Shown piece after piece: positions 10,197 through 21,257 of a stretch of DNA of 64,000 nt. The stretch comes from Centruroides vittatus (lineage: Eukaryota). The stretch covers positions 5,802,248 to 5,866,247 of the forward strand of contig NW_027122708.1 of the NCBI RefSeq assembly GCF_030686945.1, read 5' to 3'. The notes beneath the pieces are model-generated. The model had not been told where the DNA came from, searched no databases, and saw nothing but the letters and a program-made list of their open reading frames with translations. Position numbers and translations under genes: made by a program. Positions within the stretch are counted from its first letter, which is position 1. The number at the start of each line of letters is the position of its first letter.

Positions 10197-11215
10197 GCAT
10201 GGTCACAAACATGCTTAGCTTGCCAAAAGGTGAAAATCCATCGCCATACACGTGTACTTCTGTGGAAGTTCCTCGTCCCAAATTCACGACTTGAGCACAT
10301 CAACATTGACATAGTCAGTCATCACTCTCAGAAGGATTGAGGTACCTTCTTATCTTAGCTGACCAATTTTCAAGGTGGGTGGAGGCAACGCCATTACCAG
10401 ACCAGACAGCAGACACAGTCACCAAGGCTCTGATCTCCACATGGTTTGTGCTCTTTGGTGTTCCAACGAAGATCACAATGGATCAGGGCAGACAATTTGA
10501 AAGCCAGTTGTTCAGATCCCTAAGCAACTACTTAGGCTTTCAAATCAGCCATACCACGGCCTACCACCCCCAAGCTAACAGGCTAATCGAGAGACAACAT
10601 CGAACTCTGAAATAGCCCTGTCAGAACATCTGCAACAGGTGACCCCATGGACTGCAACCTTGCTGCTCATCTTCCTAGGTTTATGCTCGGCCATCATGGA
10701 GGACATTGGAGCATCCCCAGCCAAGCTGCTGTACGGCACTCCATTACGATTACCAGGCGAACTTCTGCTGGATTCCCCAGTCATGGAGAAGATGGAGTTC
10801 ATGCAACAGCTGCAGTAATTCCTTCGTACGTTAAGACCGTCCCCAACAACTTGACATGGGAAGCGAACAACCTTCATTTCTGAACGGCTAACAGACTGTT
10901 TGCATGTCTTTGTGCTCAATCCAGTGGCACATTGTTCTCTTCGACCAGCCTATCTTGGCCCATACCGCAAAAAGTTTTTCAAAATCAATGTCGCGAGCTC
11001 TCCTAAAAGGGTATCATTAGATAGACTAAAACCTACATTCCTTCTGAATGAAGATGCCGCCACCAGAACTCATCCTACGAGCACGGTGACACCATCAGAC
11101 TGCCAACATACATCATCACCTGTCAAGACAACTGGAAGACAAACCTCATTAAGGCACATTATCTGACCAACCATACGTTTCCTGGATATGATACACTCGC
11201 CCACTAGGGGGAAGT
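10197..11215 (+). mobile_element. LTR-retrotransposon integrase remnant with a putative polypurine tract at its 3' end
   Basis: The translation carries the integrase catalytic core and C-terminal region (RNase H-like fold plus HPQ.NG.ER motifs): [128 protein letters not shown]...LLYGTPLRLPGELL...LRPAYLGPYRK...LDRLKPTFL. This is inverted relative to the integrase at 8650-8940, and homology to it begins exactly at 10197. A purine run CTAGGGGGAAG is followed by TGTGTAGGG, which may be a PPT followed by an LTR start. Confidence 0.7.
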
Positions 11216-11516
11216 GTGTAGGGCAGAGGGTGCCACCACATGACCTTCACCCTCTGACATCACTTTGCTCTCGGACTCCAATGAAAAGAGACTTTTTTGT
11301 TCTACGCCAACCCTTTAGAGTCAACAGTAGGGTTTCTCAAACAGGATCCCAAGATCCCAGTTGTTTTTAAACCTGGGAAATTCTTCTCATCCCAGAAAAT
11401 CCCACAAAATTCTTAAAAATTCACTTTTTTCTTATTTTGTGTTAAGGTTGAGGAAATTTTGCAAATAAAAAGTATAATTAACTCAAACCATCAGAATACA
11501 TTTACAGTAGAGCGTC

Positions 11517-11931
11517 GTTTATCCGAATCAATTAAGGACTGGGGTTGTTCAGATAACCGATTTTTTCAGATAACCGATTATGTATAAAAAAATGCATTAA
11601 CCTATCCTAAATGTTGAAATTTTTCTCCATTGCGTGTCGCTTCACGATGAATTTTTCTCCGTTGCATGTCGCTTCGTGTTGAATTATTGTCGATTTTAAG
11701 CCTAACGAAAATTTTTATAATAATAATCAAAGCTATTGTATCGTTAAAAATTATTTCTTTATTGTGTACAAACAAAATAAATATATTGAAAAATATAAAA
11801 ACAAAAAAATTATACTTTAAAAGTTAATCCAGTATCAATAAAGTTCGATTCAGCACGACACAGTCCGACTGGAACTCTTTCGGATAACTGACATTTCGGA
11901 TAACCGATTTTCAGATAACGACGCTCTACTG
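11517..11931. mobile_element. Tc1-like MITE (about 415 bp) nested in hAT-like copy A; TA TSD
   Basis: The left end reads TA|CAGTAGAGCGTCGTTTATCCGAA and the right end TTCGGATAACCGATTTTCAGATAACGACGCTCTACTG|TA. Internal GATAACCGATT subrepeats are present. Confidence 0.6.
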
Positions 11932-12099
11932 TATATTTATTAATTTTAAACCTACTTATTAGTTTTTTAAATTTTTGCTTGTTATGGCATGTCACAAATG
12001 GTCAATAATCAATATGTAGCTTATTTATGGCAGGACTCTCAAAATTCTTTACCAGTAATATCTGGAATAATTGTGCTTATGCTGTCTTAATTTTTAACC

Positions 12100-12354
12100 A
12101 TGCCCGGTAGCTTCAATAACTGCGTAACGCCAAGTTGCGCAAATTGGACAAGGATACAAACGAGTACGAAGTCTGCAAGTATGAAGTTTTTCTTCATAAA
12201 CTTGATTATCAAAGTCAAACGAACTGCCGAATTATTGGGCTATAAGCTTGATGTTTCTATTAAAGCAGCCGAGATAGACAAATCAAGAATACTAGAGAGC
12301 AAAAAAGTACTACAATCTCGAAAACGAACTAGAAATCTTCCAGACTACAGGTGA
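12100..12354 (+). CDS. Conserved 84-aa ORF carried by the hAT-like family (copy A); unknown function
   Basis: The ORF reads MPGSFNNCVTPSCANWTRIQTSTKSASMKFFFINLIIKVKRTAELLGYKLDVSIKAAEIDKSRILESKKVLQSRKRTRNLPDYR. It is open and similar in all three copies (see 39269-39523 and 49164-49445). Confidence 0.3.
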   Translation: MPGSFNNCVTPSCANWTRIQTSTKSASMKFFFINLIIKVKRTAELLGYKLDVSIKAAEIDKSRILESKKVLQSRKRTRNLPDYR

Positions 12355-13384
12355 AAAAACACACAACGTCTGCCTTCTCTTAAATGCATTAAACACAATT
12401 CCACTCACATCAATTGAATTGGAAAGGGCATTCTCGGTACCAAGACTTTTCATTACTAAAATAAGAATCAGATTGAGTAATTGGAGTATTGACCAGCTTT
12501 GCTTTTTAAAAACTTATTATAAAAAGTTTACAATAATATTTTGTATTAAGTTTTATTTGAAACACAAAAATTACCTTCTAATTACAGGTTTGATCTAAGT
12601 TCATTTTTTTTTTAAATTTTCAACTCAATTCAAAGCATTTTATTATTGTTGTATCAAACTTTAATAAATTTTTTCTATTTGTGAAAATTTCTACATAATT
12701 TAAAGGTAATCTTTAATATATATCTTACACAGCATTATTAATATGATTTTGGAGGTTGCAGAACATATTAAATTACTTTAAAAAATAAAAAAATAATTAT
12801 ATCATTTGATTTCAAGATATTTTGTCTATCTTAAAAATAATTAATTCTATCCCAGAATTTCCCGGGATCTCTAGAAACAGTTCTTTTATCCCAGAACAAG
12901 CAAAGGACTGGGAAATGAGAAACCGTAGTCAACAGCATCACAGATCTCGTATTTGTACAGTAACTATTGTAAATATCTCATAACCACGACAAATAAAGTA
13001 TATTATTTGCCTGGATCAGGGTCTCAGTTAATCCTAACCAACGAAAAACAAAGAACGCAGGACACATGGTCGAGGTCGACATGGACATCAGACAATGTAG
13101 GATCAAACCCAGGCCAATACTGCCTAGCATCAAAACATGTCGCGTATGGATTTTAGCCACGCCACTAAAGCAGTGAGCCAGATGTGATGATTAAAAAAGA
13201 AAAAACTTCAAAGACAGAAATAGAGGAGAAATACGTCAGCAGTCAAGTGATCTGCTGACTTCGAGCGAGGTCACGTGACACAATGTGCAAGCGTCCGCCT
13301 CCAATGTACTACTCCATGATATAAAGAAGGTTATGCAATGGTGGCTTCCACCATGCATAATTGAGAAAGAATTAGAGATCTGAA

Positions 13385-14065
13385 ATGAATGATTATATAA
13401 AAGTAGAGAATATTTGAGAAGGAACATATGGAGTGGTATATAAATGAAAAAAACAGAAGAACTGGACAATTGGTTGCATTAACGGAAATAAGATTGAAAA
13501 GTGAAGGTGGTGGTGTTCCATCTACAGGCATAAGAGAAATTTCACTGTTGAAAGAACTGAATCATAGCAATATTATTCGTTTACAGCATGTACTTATGCA
13601 AGAAAATCAGCTGCATTTGGGGTTAATGTTACCTATGGTAGCGAACATGGCGGCTCGTCTCTGAAACAGTCGGGATGCACGTTCTAACCTAACCTAACCT
13701 ATTCTAATAAATTACCATAATTATTGCCACCCAAATTATTACAATATGGATAATTTATTAAAATAGGTTAGGTTAGTATGTGTCCCCCCACTGTTTCAGA
13801 GATGAGACGCCATGTTTGCTACCATAGGTAACATTAACCACATTTGGTTTTTGAATATTTATCAATGGATCTAAAAAATATTCAGACAGTATTCCTACTG
13901 GGTAGTATATGGATAAGATGATTGTCAAGAGTAATCTGCATCAGATTTTACAAGCTATAGTATATTGCCATCAACGTCGAATTCTTCATCGTGATTTGAA
14001 AGCACAAAATTTACTAATTGACCTTGGAATGATTAACTTTTACCACAGGTTCATCCCAGGATGTG
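13385..14065 (+). pseudogene. Second copy of the CDK1-like/pol chimera fragment, interrupted by a MITE and frameshifted
   Basis: The copy reads [67 protein letters not shown], then a 219-bp insertion, then ...[53 protein letters not shown]. It shares the same TGA after GVVYK and the same CDK/pol junction as copy 1, and diverges from copy 1 beyond FIPGCA. Confidence 0.7.
13621..13839. mobile_element. Merlin-type MITE (219 bp, about 50-bp TIRs, 8-bp TSD) inserted in CDK1-like copy 2
   Basis: The left TIR is GGTTAATGTTACCTATGGTAGCGAACATGGCGGCTCGTCTCTGAAACAGT and its inverse lies at 13790-13839. The flanks are gCATTTGG at 13613-13620 and aCATTTGG at 13840-13847. Copy 1 (9769-10177) has an uninterrupted CTGCATTTGGTTTTT at this point. 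The TIR start matches the TIRs of the 5.4 kb Merlin element at 21392-26796. Confidence 0.7.
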
Positions 14066-14897
14066 CTATGATGTATGATGTATTCATTTTGATATAGAAT
14101 AGTCCTGTCTGCACATGTTTAGTATTGTATTTTGCATGGTCTTAGGTATATTTGAATTGATTGTTTTTCGAGAGAAGTGCGAGATCCTATCGTGAGACAG
14201 TTATAACTCTGTCATAAAAGAGCACATTAAAATTATCAACATTCTCATGGTTCTAAACACCAAGTACCTTCATGGGAGAAGATAAATCACCTACGTAACC
14301 AGGTGATTGATTAGCTAAAAGCCGGATTGACTATAATCGATGAACTCTGAGTCTACAAAAGACAAAGGAGGGAAAGAACATGAGGTTCCTGTCTATCAGA
14401 AAAAATGTCATCTTACCGATCTTAACACGAGTTCTTATCGGCCTCTGACAGAACGAAATGTGTGCATGTCGGACTCTAATGAAAAGGAATAGGCCTACTT
14501 AGTGAGACACTTATGGATACAGACGTAATTGCCAGACCACTCGAAAAGCATCGGAAGAATAAAGACTGATAGAAAAACACAGAGATCTAAACTTCCGGAA
14601 ACAAGAAGAGCCACATCAATGCCAACAAACCAAGGAAATACGATTTACCTTTGAATAATACTTTAAATTTCATACTTTTTCTACTGTCATATTTTCGAGA
14701 GCAGTTATTATTTCCTTTGTACATGACCGTTATTAATAAAGTATTTTAAATATTTATTTATGAAAATTTGATTTTTAAAGCAAATTATACTTTAAATGGC
14801 AATAAATTGGTATCTCTCTAATGAGTGTTACTTACGGCCTATATATCAGTAATAAGAAATTAATTAAAAATACACCTATAGTACATTTTATGTTAGA

Positions 14898-15230
14898 TGG
14901 CTGGATGGCTGAGTGATCAAGGTGGTAGCCTACTGCTCTGGGGGATGCAGGATCGAATCCAGAATATAGATGGGTCGAAAAATCCCCAGGAATTTTTTGG
15001 GGGTGGTCTTCATAACAAACTAAGTAATTTGCCTCTGCTCTGCCAACTGGCACTACAGAGTACAAAGAGACTGTCTTAATCATAGGCATGGTCTGATGCC
15101 CAGCATCTACTGGGCCTTGGTGTCTTAAGTCGACCTGAGATAAATGCTCTGCCTCTGGTTCATGTGTAACCCAAGAGGAGACCATCGCCTTCCTTGCTCT
15201 GAAGTCCAATCATCTTACATGAACATACAT
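14898..15230 (+). mobile_element. Candidate tRNA-derived SINE
   Basis: An A-box-like TGGCTGAGTGA and a B-box-like GGATCGAATCC lie about 40 nt apart near 14905-14965. I have not checked for a cloverleaf structure. Confidence 0.3.
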
Positions 15231-15724
15231 TTTGGTGCAGCCTGTACTGCACATAGAGTTCTCTATGACTAGCTCATAATAATGGTCAGTGAGGTTCCCT
15301 CCCCTAAAAAAGGGGGCCCTGTCCAGTGTATCCACTGAGCTTATAAGTCAAAGAGACCTATCACTTTTCCATCAACTCCTTTAGTTTCTTCAAGTTTCCT
15401 TTACTAGCTGCTAGTGTTCGAGGTACTTGTTCAGAAGGCTTAGACCAGTCGACTTGGTCAGCCCCTCAGCAGAAATCTTCAGTAAGAGGAGAGTAAGTAC
15501 AGTACATAGTGCCTCGCACCACCATGAGGACATCCACAGAAACAGCTACCATCTCCTTGTTCAAACTTGCACTTAAAATGGGGAAACCTCCTATGTCTGG
15601 TCAGTATTTGCATCACAAACCAATTACAACACACTGGAGTATGGCTAACTTCAGGCACGAAGGCATAGGTTAACCTACCTACTGTACTTTGAGTCCAGCA
15701 CTCTTGCCAGTATGTCATCGGTCG

Positions 15725-16033
15725 TTGCACTAGAGCAGGGATGGCGAACCTTTTTGAGTCCGCATGCCATATTGCAAGCATACTTAGCTTTAAAGATGTT
15801 AATGCATGCCAAAGTCTTGGACTTCCAATAATGATATTTAAAGAAATTGAACAATACGCTTTAATTCAAATAAGTGTAAAAATCTGATTGAAAAAAAATG
15901 ATCAGGTGATAAACAGAAAGGATGATTAAAAAGGACAGAAATCATATGATACATTACATGCCAGATGATTTCTCTCACGTGCCACTTTGGGCACGTGTGC
16001 CATAGGTTCGCCACCCCTGCACTAGAGTACCTT
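15725..16033. mobile_element. MITE (about 300 bp) inserted in the LINE remnant; 8-bp direct repeat CACTAGAG at both ends
   Basis: The TIRs are CAGGGATGGCGAACCT and its inverse AGGTTCGCCACCCCTG. Both ends are flanked by GCACTAGAG. The insertion splits the LINE C-terminal ORF. Confidence 0.5.
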
Positions 16034-16328
16034 TTATGTATGTAGTCGAGGGTTCCACTGTCCTCATTACAAATGGGCCCCAGGCCCCTGCCTTGGCCAG
16101 TTGGTCAGTGTGCTCATTGTCCAGGATCATGATTTGGCCTCGGACCCACCTGAGGGAAACATGTCATGCATGCCTCGCCCTCAGTACCCTACCTCTGATC
16201 TTCTGTACCAACTCGTCCCTGTCGTCCCTATCGCTCAAGACCTGAAGCAACAACTGGTTGTCAGAGTAAACCATGACCAGCTCTGGATCCGGATTCACAT
16301 GATCCACTGGGACACCTTCTCGTTCAGT

Positions 16329-16352
16329 CTGACTGACTGACTGACTGACTGA
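16329..16352. repeat. (CTGA)6 microsatellite
   Basis: The sequence is ctgactgactgactgactgactga. Confidence 0.9.
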
Positions 16353-17249
16353 CTGCATGCACTCCATCAGAAAAGATGCAGTATGCAGCACCTACTAAAC
16401 TACCGTCTTTAGAGCCATCAGCGTATATTTCAACACAGATTCCTGTTGGTTCACCAACATCCCAATCTAGTCTGATCCTATGGGCTGGATGGACTCTCAG
16501 TACATCTGTCTGATGTCTAAGTCTGACCGGGTACATCTGATTGCAATGCTTAGCCTCTATACCTTCCATAGTTGTTCCATAGAAGGCTGCCTCTTGGCTG
16601 ACCACCAGAGGCAATGGCAGCAGCTCGGCCAAGACCGGGGCTGCATCCATAGACACAGCTCTGTATGCTTTCGTCACCCACAGGATGGTGGGTCTCTGAA
16701 TCGTAAGCAGCATCCTGCTCATTTTGACATTGGCAGAGTCCTTCCACCAAACACCACAGGCATAGCAGATAACATGTTCTACATTTATCTTGTAAATGGC
16801 TCTTCCCTGCTAAGACCATAATCTTGCTTAGACAGTCTCGATAGTGCTGCTATCGTGAGGTTTGTTCTGTCTCAAACACTCCTCAGATGGGGCATCCAGC
16901 ATAGCATTTGGTCAATGATAACACCGAGATACTTTAACTTGTTCACCCTTCGGATGGGGTTGTCCTGGATTCAGTATATCGGTCGGCATGCCAATACTCC
17001 TGTCTGGGCCACTGTCAGAGCCTCTGATTTCTCAGAGCTGAAGGACCGCTTATGTAGCTCTCCCCAGCAAATGAACTGTTTTATTTCTTCATTGCTGCGA
17101 ATCTCCATATCATGTCTACTAACACCTGCAACTACTAGCAACAAATCATCTGCGTAGGCCTGCAGCTAGACATTGTCTGGAAGGACAAGCCTCAGTGCCA
17201 TGTCTGCAAGAATGTTCTATAGGGGCCCTATGCATGACCCCTGGGGACA

Positions 17250-17316
17250 ACCCCTCTCCGGTTTCCTTACAAACCTGACACTTAGTGTCAGGAAACCGGA
17301 GAGGGGTTGGTACTCA
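17250..17316. repeat. 66-bp near-perfect palindrome
   Basis: The sequence CAACCCCTCTCCGGTTTCC..TGACACTTAGTGTCA..GGAAACCGGAGAGGGGTTG sits at the apparent internal deletion point of the LINE. Confidence 0.7.
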
Positions 17317-18199
17317 ACAGTGTGGTCTCTCAGGAAACTCCTGGTATGAGATATGAGGGTGGTCGGCAGGTTTGCCTTCCACAATTCACCCACTATGGAT
17401 AGCCACCAGACATTGTTGAATTTGTGTATGAAGTAATATCAAACGCTTATCCCTGTTTACTGACCGTAATTGGTCCTTGCCTAAACTCTTTCAAGTTCCT
17501 GCACATAGCACGAGCAGTTGGTACTCAGAAGAGTGACTGGTACCCAACTGCAGGCTGAACCTTTGGTCTGCGTTTGTGCAGTTGATGCACTTAGGCATAG
17601 TGGCCTTACACTCCTTGTAGGAGTGGCCCTCTGCACACTTGCTACAGATCTGAGCTGCCACTGAACAGCTCTTTGCCACGTGATTGAACCCATAACATCT
17701 GTAGCACCAAATGATAGCCAAATGTTCTCTCACCCAGTTTTGAGTCCACCCAACATGTAATTTCCCCTTCTGCAGGAGCTTGTGGTAGACCTTCAGTGAG
17801 GCCTCTAAAACCCAACCGACTAGGCCTCCCTTTTCCTTCATAGAGAAACGAGGTTGGAGCTCACCAGGCCCAACCTCGATGCTATTTTAAAACTTGATGC
17901 TCTCCACGAGGGACTCGCTCTTGATGTTTGGGCTGACATCAGAAAGTATGTCCCTTGGCCAGCGCTTTTGGGGCAGACGGCAACTAACTGCCTCTCTCAA
18001 CGCCAATGGGTCTTCCATCAATTCCTTTATGATCTTGATTGTGTCTTGGTGCTTTGTTATCTCTATCAGGACGCCACCATTGCGCACTCTTCGAACATTT
18101 TTGATCCCATCTCCCAACTTAGCTGGGTTAATTTTCGTTTTTAGCAGTAACCATGTCTGGTCACTGCTCATTATATCTTTCTAAGGGTACACCAGGAGC

Positions 18200-20650
18200 A
18201 TGTGTTCAATGGTTGGTACCCCTCTTCAGTTTAGTAACAGCCTGTGGCCCCTCTTGGTTTTGCTTCAAGGCCAGATGGACTGCGACCATCACAGTTGCTC
18301 CCCACCTTTAAGAACTGCTGATGGAAGCATATTGGGCAGTTGTCGGCCACACACGGCCTTTCTAAGAGGAAGGCTATCTTGACCACCTGGGCACCTAGGA
18401 TTGCAGCAACTTTGCTAAAGAGGATGAAGATGACTGTGCGCATATGGCCTTCTGATACCAGCTGTCAGTCTTGGCCAAGAGCTTCGTCAGCTCATCATGC
18501 ACAACATCCAATGCAGCTCATCGATCCTCAACCATTTCTAGCTTTTCCTGTGTCCCACAGGTGTCGACAAGGGTGTTTTGGCAGCTGCTGCTGTGATAGG
18601 GTCTTTTTTCCTTTTAGACCCACCCTTGTTTTTGGCAGGGGGTTTTCCCCTCTGCCATGGTCACCGCAGCTTTAGCAGATTCCCCCTTAGGCTTGTCACC
18701 TTCAGGTTTCCCCACCTTTGCTTTGGCCACCTCGTGCCGTTTTTTCCTCTGCCTGTCCCTGGCGGTGGCTGGAGCAGCCTTCCAGTCATTGTCCTCAGAT
18801 GTGGCAGTGTTAAAAAACATCCTCTTGATCAGGCTCAACCATACCATTTCGAAGCGGAGCTACTGTCCCTTAGAGGCATTGGCACAGTGAGAGCATTGGT
18901 TTGAAGCCCTTTATCCCTGGGCTCCTCGGGTGAGTCATTAGCGGGCCTACATTTCCGCAGGGTCTGCCTCTCCAGTGGTTTGGTGCTGACTGCACCTCCC
19001 TTATCCTCTCTCTGGGTTGTTGATTAGTCACCATTAGATTAGTACTTGCATCCGCCTGCACATCAATTGCACCGAAGGCAGTACTAATGCATTTGCTTAT
19101 ATCCATAGTTTTTCACCAATAAAAATAAAAAGAGAGTAAGTAGGTTGAGGTGACCATAACTTTTCACAGATGCCCAGAATTCTTTCAGGAATCAGAGTAT
19201 GCATTTAAGAGCCTACCCACAACTGGTTTGGCCCGCTGCTGGGATAGCTACCCATTTAAATGGACACCTACCCAAGGTCACCCCAGTCCAGCTGGTTGCT
19301 TGGCTTGGGCCGCCCCATCATCCCTACTAGGAAACCTTTCCATTTCCAGTTCTCCAGGCCCATATACAGCCATCCAATGCGTCGTCAGGTCTTTAAGCAC
19401 CACTCCCCCAAAGCATAGTGGAAGTTGGCCCTATGCCGAGGAGTGGCTCTGCCAACTGCCTGTCACGGTAGATATCAGTTAGCAGGATCCTGTAATCCAC
19501 AACGGACACTATCCCCCTGGCCACCAGCAAGGCTTTGGCTATGGGAGTACGACTCCTTCCCCACTGGCTTCGGCATGCAGGTTGTGGCCCCCAGGCCAGC
19601 ACTGGGTGTGCGAAGCAGTCTTCCTCCTGGGAAACTGATTTTCCTTTACCAGACAGAAGGAGCTTTACGTGGTCTGCATTACCATGGGCTAAGGCAAATC
19701 GATTGCATTCAACCATCTTTGTGTTCAAAACAACAGCCCCATGCCACTGGGGTGGACAAGTTTGCTTTGTGTGTGTCAGATTCCAGAAAGTAAGGATTGT
19801 CGGATCCATGTCCTCCAGTCTCTGTACAAATGCGGAAATTGAATCCAGAAGTTTTGGCATCCTCTGTGGCTAGTCAGGGACTTCACTCGCCAGCCCAGGG
19901 TACAGTATCCATCTCGCTTCGAGCAGATGCTTTAACCATTGCGATTAGGGGTCTCGGGACCGTTCTGCCAAAGCAGAGGGCCCCTATCAAGTGCCACCAC
20001 ACCGCAGGCCTTTGAGCGCTACACTTCCATTGGCAGAATTACCAATTTTCATCAGACAAGTCCAAATGACTGCAAATGCTCCAATCTACTTATCTCATCC
20101 GAAAACAAGATCTCCCTAGGAATCTAGTTAGTAACGGCTACAACGATCATCAAATTTTGGACTTACTGAGGGACCATTCTGGCCCTCTTATTGTCGGACC
20201 AGAGCAGATAACCGCCTCGCCTCGACCATACCAGTCTCCCTTCTGTTTTGATGTGAGCCTGCATGCCACTATGCCAAATTGCAGCTCTGTTTACCACCCG
20301 CCTGAACAGATAAGTTCCAGTTTAGGGAGATGTTAGAAACCCTGATGGGGGCCGTAGATAAGAACACAGCACATGGGCAACAAACTTCATTAAGGCCTGG
20401 TACACAGACCCAAGGCCGATGATTGTAACACCTCTGAAACCTTAGGCCAGAGTCTAAAGACTCCATCAATGGTCAAGACCAAGGCGGGACCTTCGGATCC
20501 TCTATACCACCGCTAGGCCCCCCGCCACATCCAGGCAGTTCCCTGTCTATGGGGGTCCGTCTGGATATGTCGGGCCCCATCCCTCACAGCCTGGCCACTC
20601 CATTGTGAGCATGGCTGAACCCATAATGGGCTTGCTGAATGAGGCCCTCT
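18200..20650. other. GC-rich block with overlapping ORFs on both strands; probably degenerate retroelement sequence; unclassified
   Basis: Composition shifts to about 55% GC. Many 60-155-aa ORFs overlap in all frames, and none contains a motif I recognise. An A10 run at 20676-20685 could be a retroposon tail. Confidence 0.25.
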
Positions 20651-20901
20651 TAGTGCCCACAGGGTGGAAAGAGTTAAAAAAAAAATAATACATTTTATGT
20701 ATTTAATTTTCTATGATTCTCGAACACAAATCGTGCTACTATTTAAACACTTGGCGTTTTTCCATCTGTATTTAGTTGATACGAGTATTAATACATGTTT
20801 TGGGCGATACCCCTCCTCAGTCAACTAAATATTAAAAAAGGTTATACATAAAATTCTTTTTACAAGACAATATTACACAGAAAAGCTATTTTACAAATAT
20901 A

Positions 20902-21257
20902 CACAGTGGACCTTCGTTATAGTGCTGCTCACTATACCGTGCGCTCAGTTATAGTGCAGACAATATTTGCAACGCAATAAGCTCAAACACGTTTATACAG
21001 GTCCAAGCGGCATTAGTGAGTAGCACATTTTATTGTTACTGCATATTGAGTAATTGTGTATGTATTGAGTTCCTGAATGTATTTTGAATAGTGTTTAATT
21101 ATTGTATGCATGATGAGTAAAAAAAAAGCTTACAGTGTGAAAGAAAAGCTTGACATTATTGCTAAAGTAAAGAGGTAAACCGCATTACACAGAGCGGGGC
21201 AGTATAACACGGGTGTTGTTTCCGGCCCAACATGCGCGTTATAACGGGGGTCCACTG
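20902..21257. mobile_element. Tc1-like MITE (about 355 bp) with TA TSD, present only in the left arm of the foldback
   Basis: The left end reads TA|CACAGTGGACCTTCGTTATAGTG and the right end CGTTATAACGGGGGTCCACTG|TA. The homologous position in the right arm (about 29800) is an uninterrupted ...CAAATATATACTTAAATG. Confidence 0.65.

Larger units (their letters stand above)
11328..12927. mobile_element. hAT-like non-autonomous element, copy A (about 1.6 kb including a nested MITE); 8-bp TSD GTCAACAG
   Basis: The termini are TAGGGTTTCTC ... GAGAAACCGTA, and subterminal GGGATCCC and CCCGGG motifs are present. A perfect 8-bp direct repeat GTCAACAG sits at 11320-11327 and 12928-12935. Homologous copies are at 38941-40097 and 48819-49982. 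Confidence 0.65.
15240..18171 (-). mobile_element. Degenerate, internally deleted non-LTR retrotransposon (R1/jockey/I-like): ORF1 with CCHC knuckles, RNase H, and a C-terminal Cys motif
   Basis: ORF1 at 17491-18171 reads ..KINPAKLGDGIKNVRRVRNGGVLIEI.. and then CYRCYGFNHVAKSC..CSKCAEGHSYKEC..CINC. RNase H at 16160-16722 reads IYADGSKDGSLVGAAYCIF...VDHVNPDPELVMVYSDNQLLLQVL. The C-terminal tail at 15479-15715 reads LTRHRRFPHFKCKF...C.C..H. The apurinic endonuclease and RT core are missing, so the element is deleted or replaced. Confidence 0.6.

Noticed and set aside
14898-14970. A tRNA gene, based on the A-box-like and B-box-like motifs
   Set aside because: The acceptor-stem complementarity and anticodon arm could not be satisfied by eye. 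The motifs are followed by about 250 bp of unrelated sequence, as in tRNA-derived SINEs. It is kept only as a low-confidence SINE call.
19393-19860. The 155-aa minus-strand ORF as a LINE apurinic endonuclease domain (because of ..ILTFWNLTH..)
   Set aside because: The match is a single short motif. Domain order would be inconsistent, because ORF1 lies downstream of it on the same strand. No other endonuclease catalytic motifs are seen.
18200-20650. Long overlapping ORFs (up to 155 aa) in the GC-rich block as protein-coding genes
   Set aside because: ORFs of similar length occur in all six frames simultaneously. This is the expected artefact of high GC content, which gives fewer stop codons. 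No conserved motifs are present. The region is contiguous with the LINE remnant.
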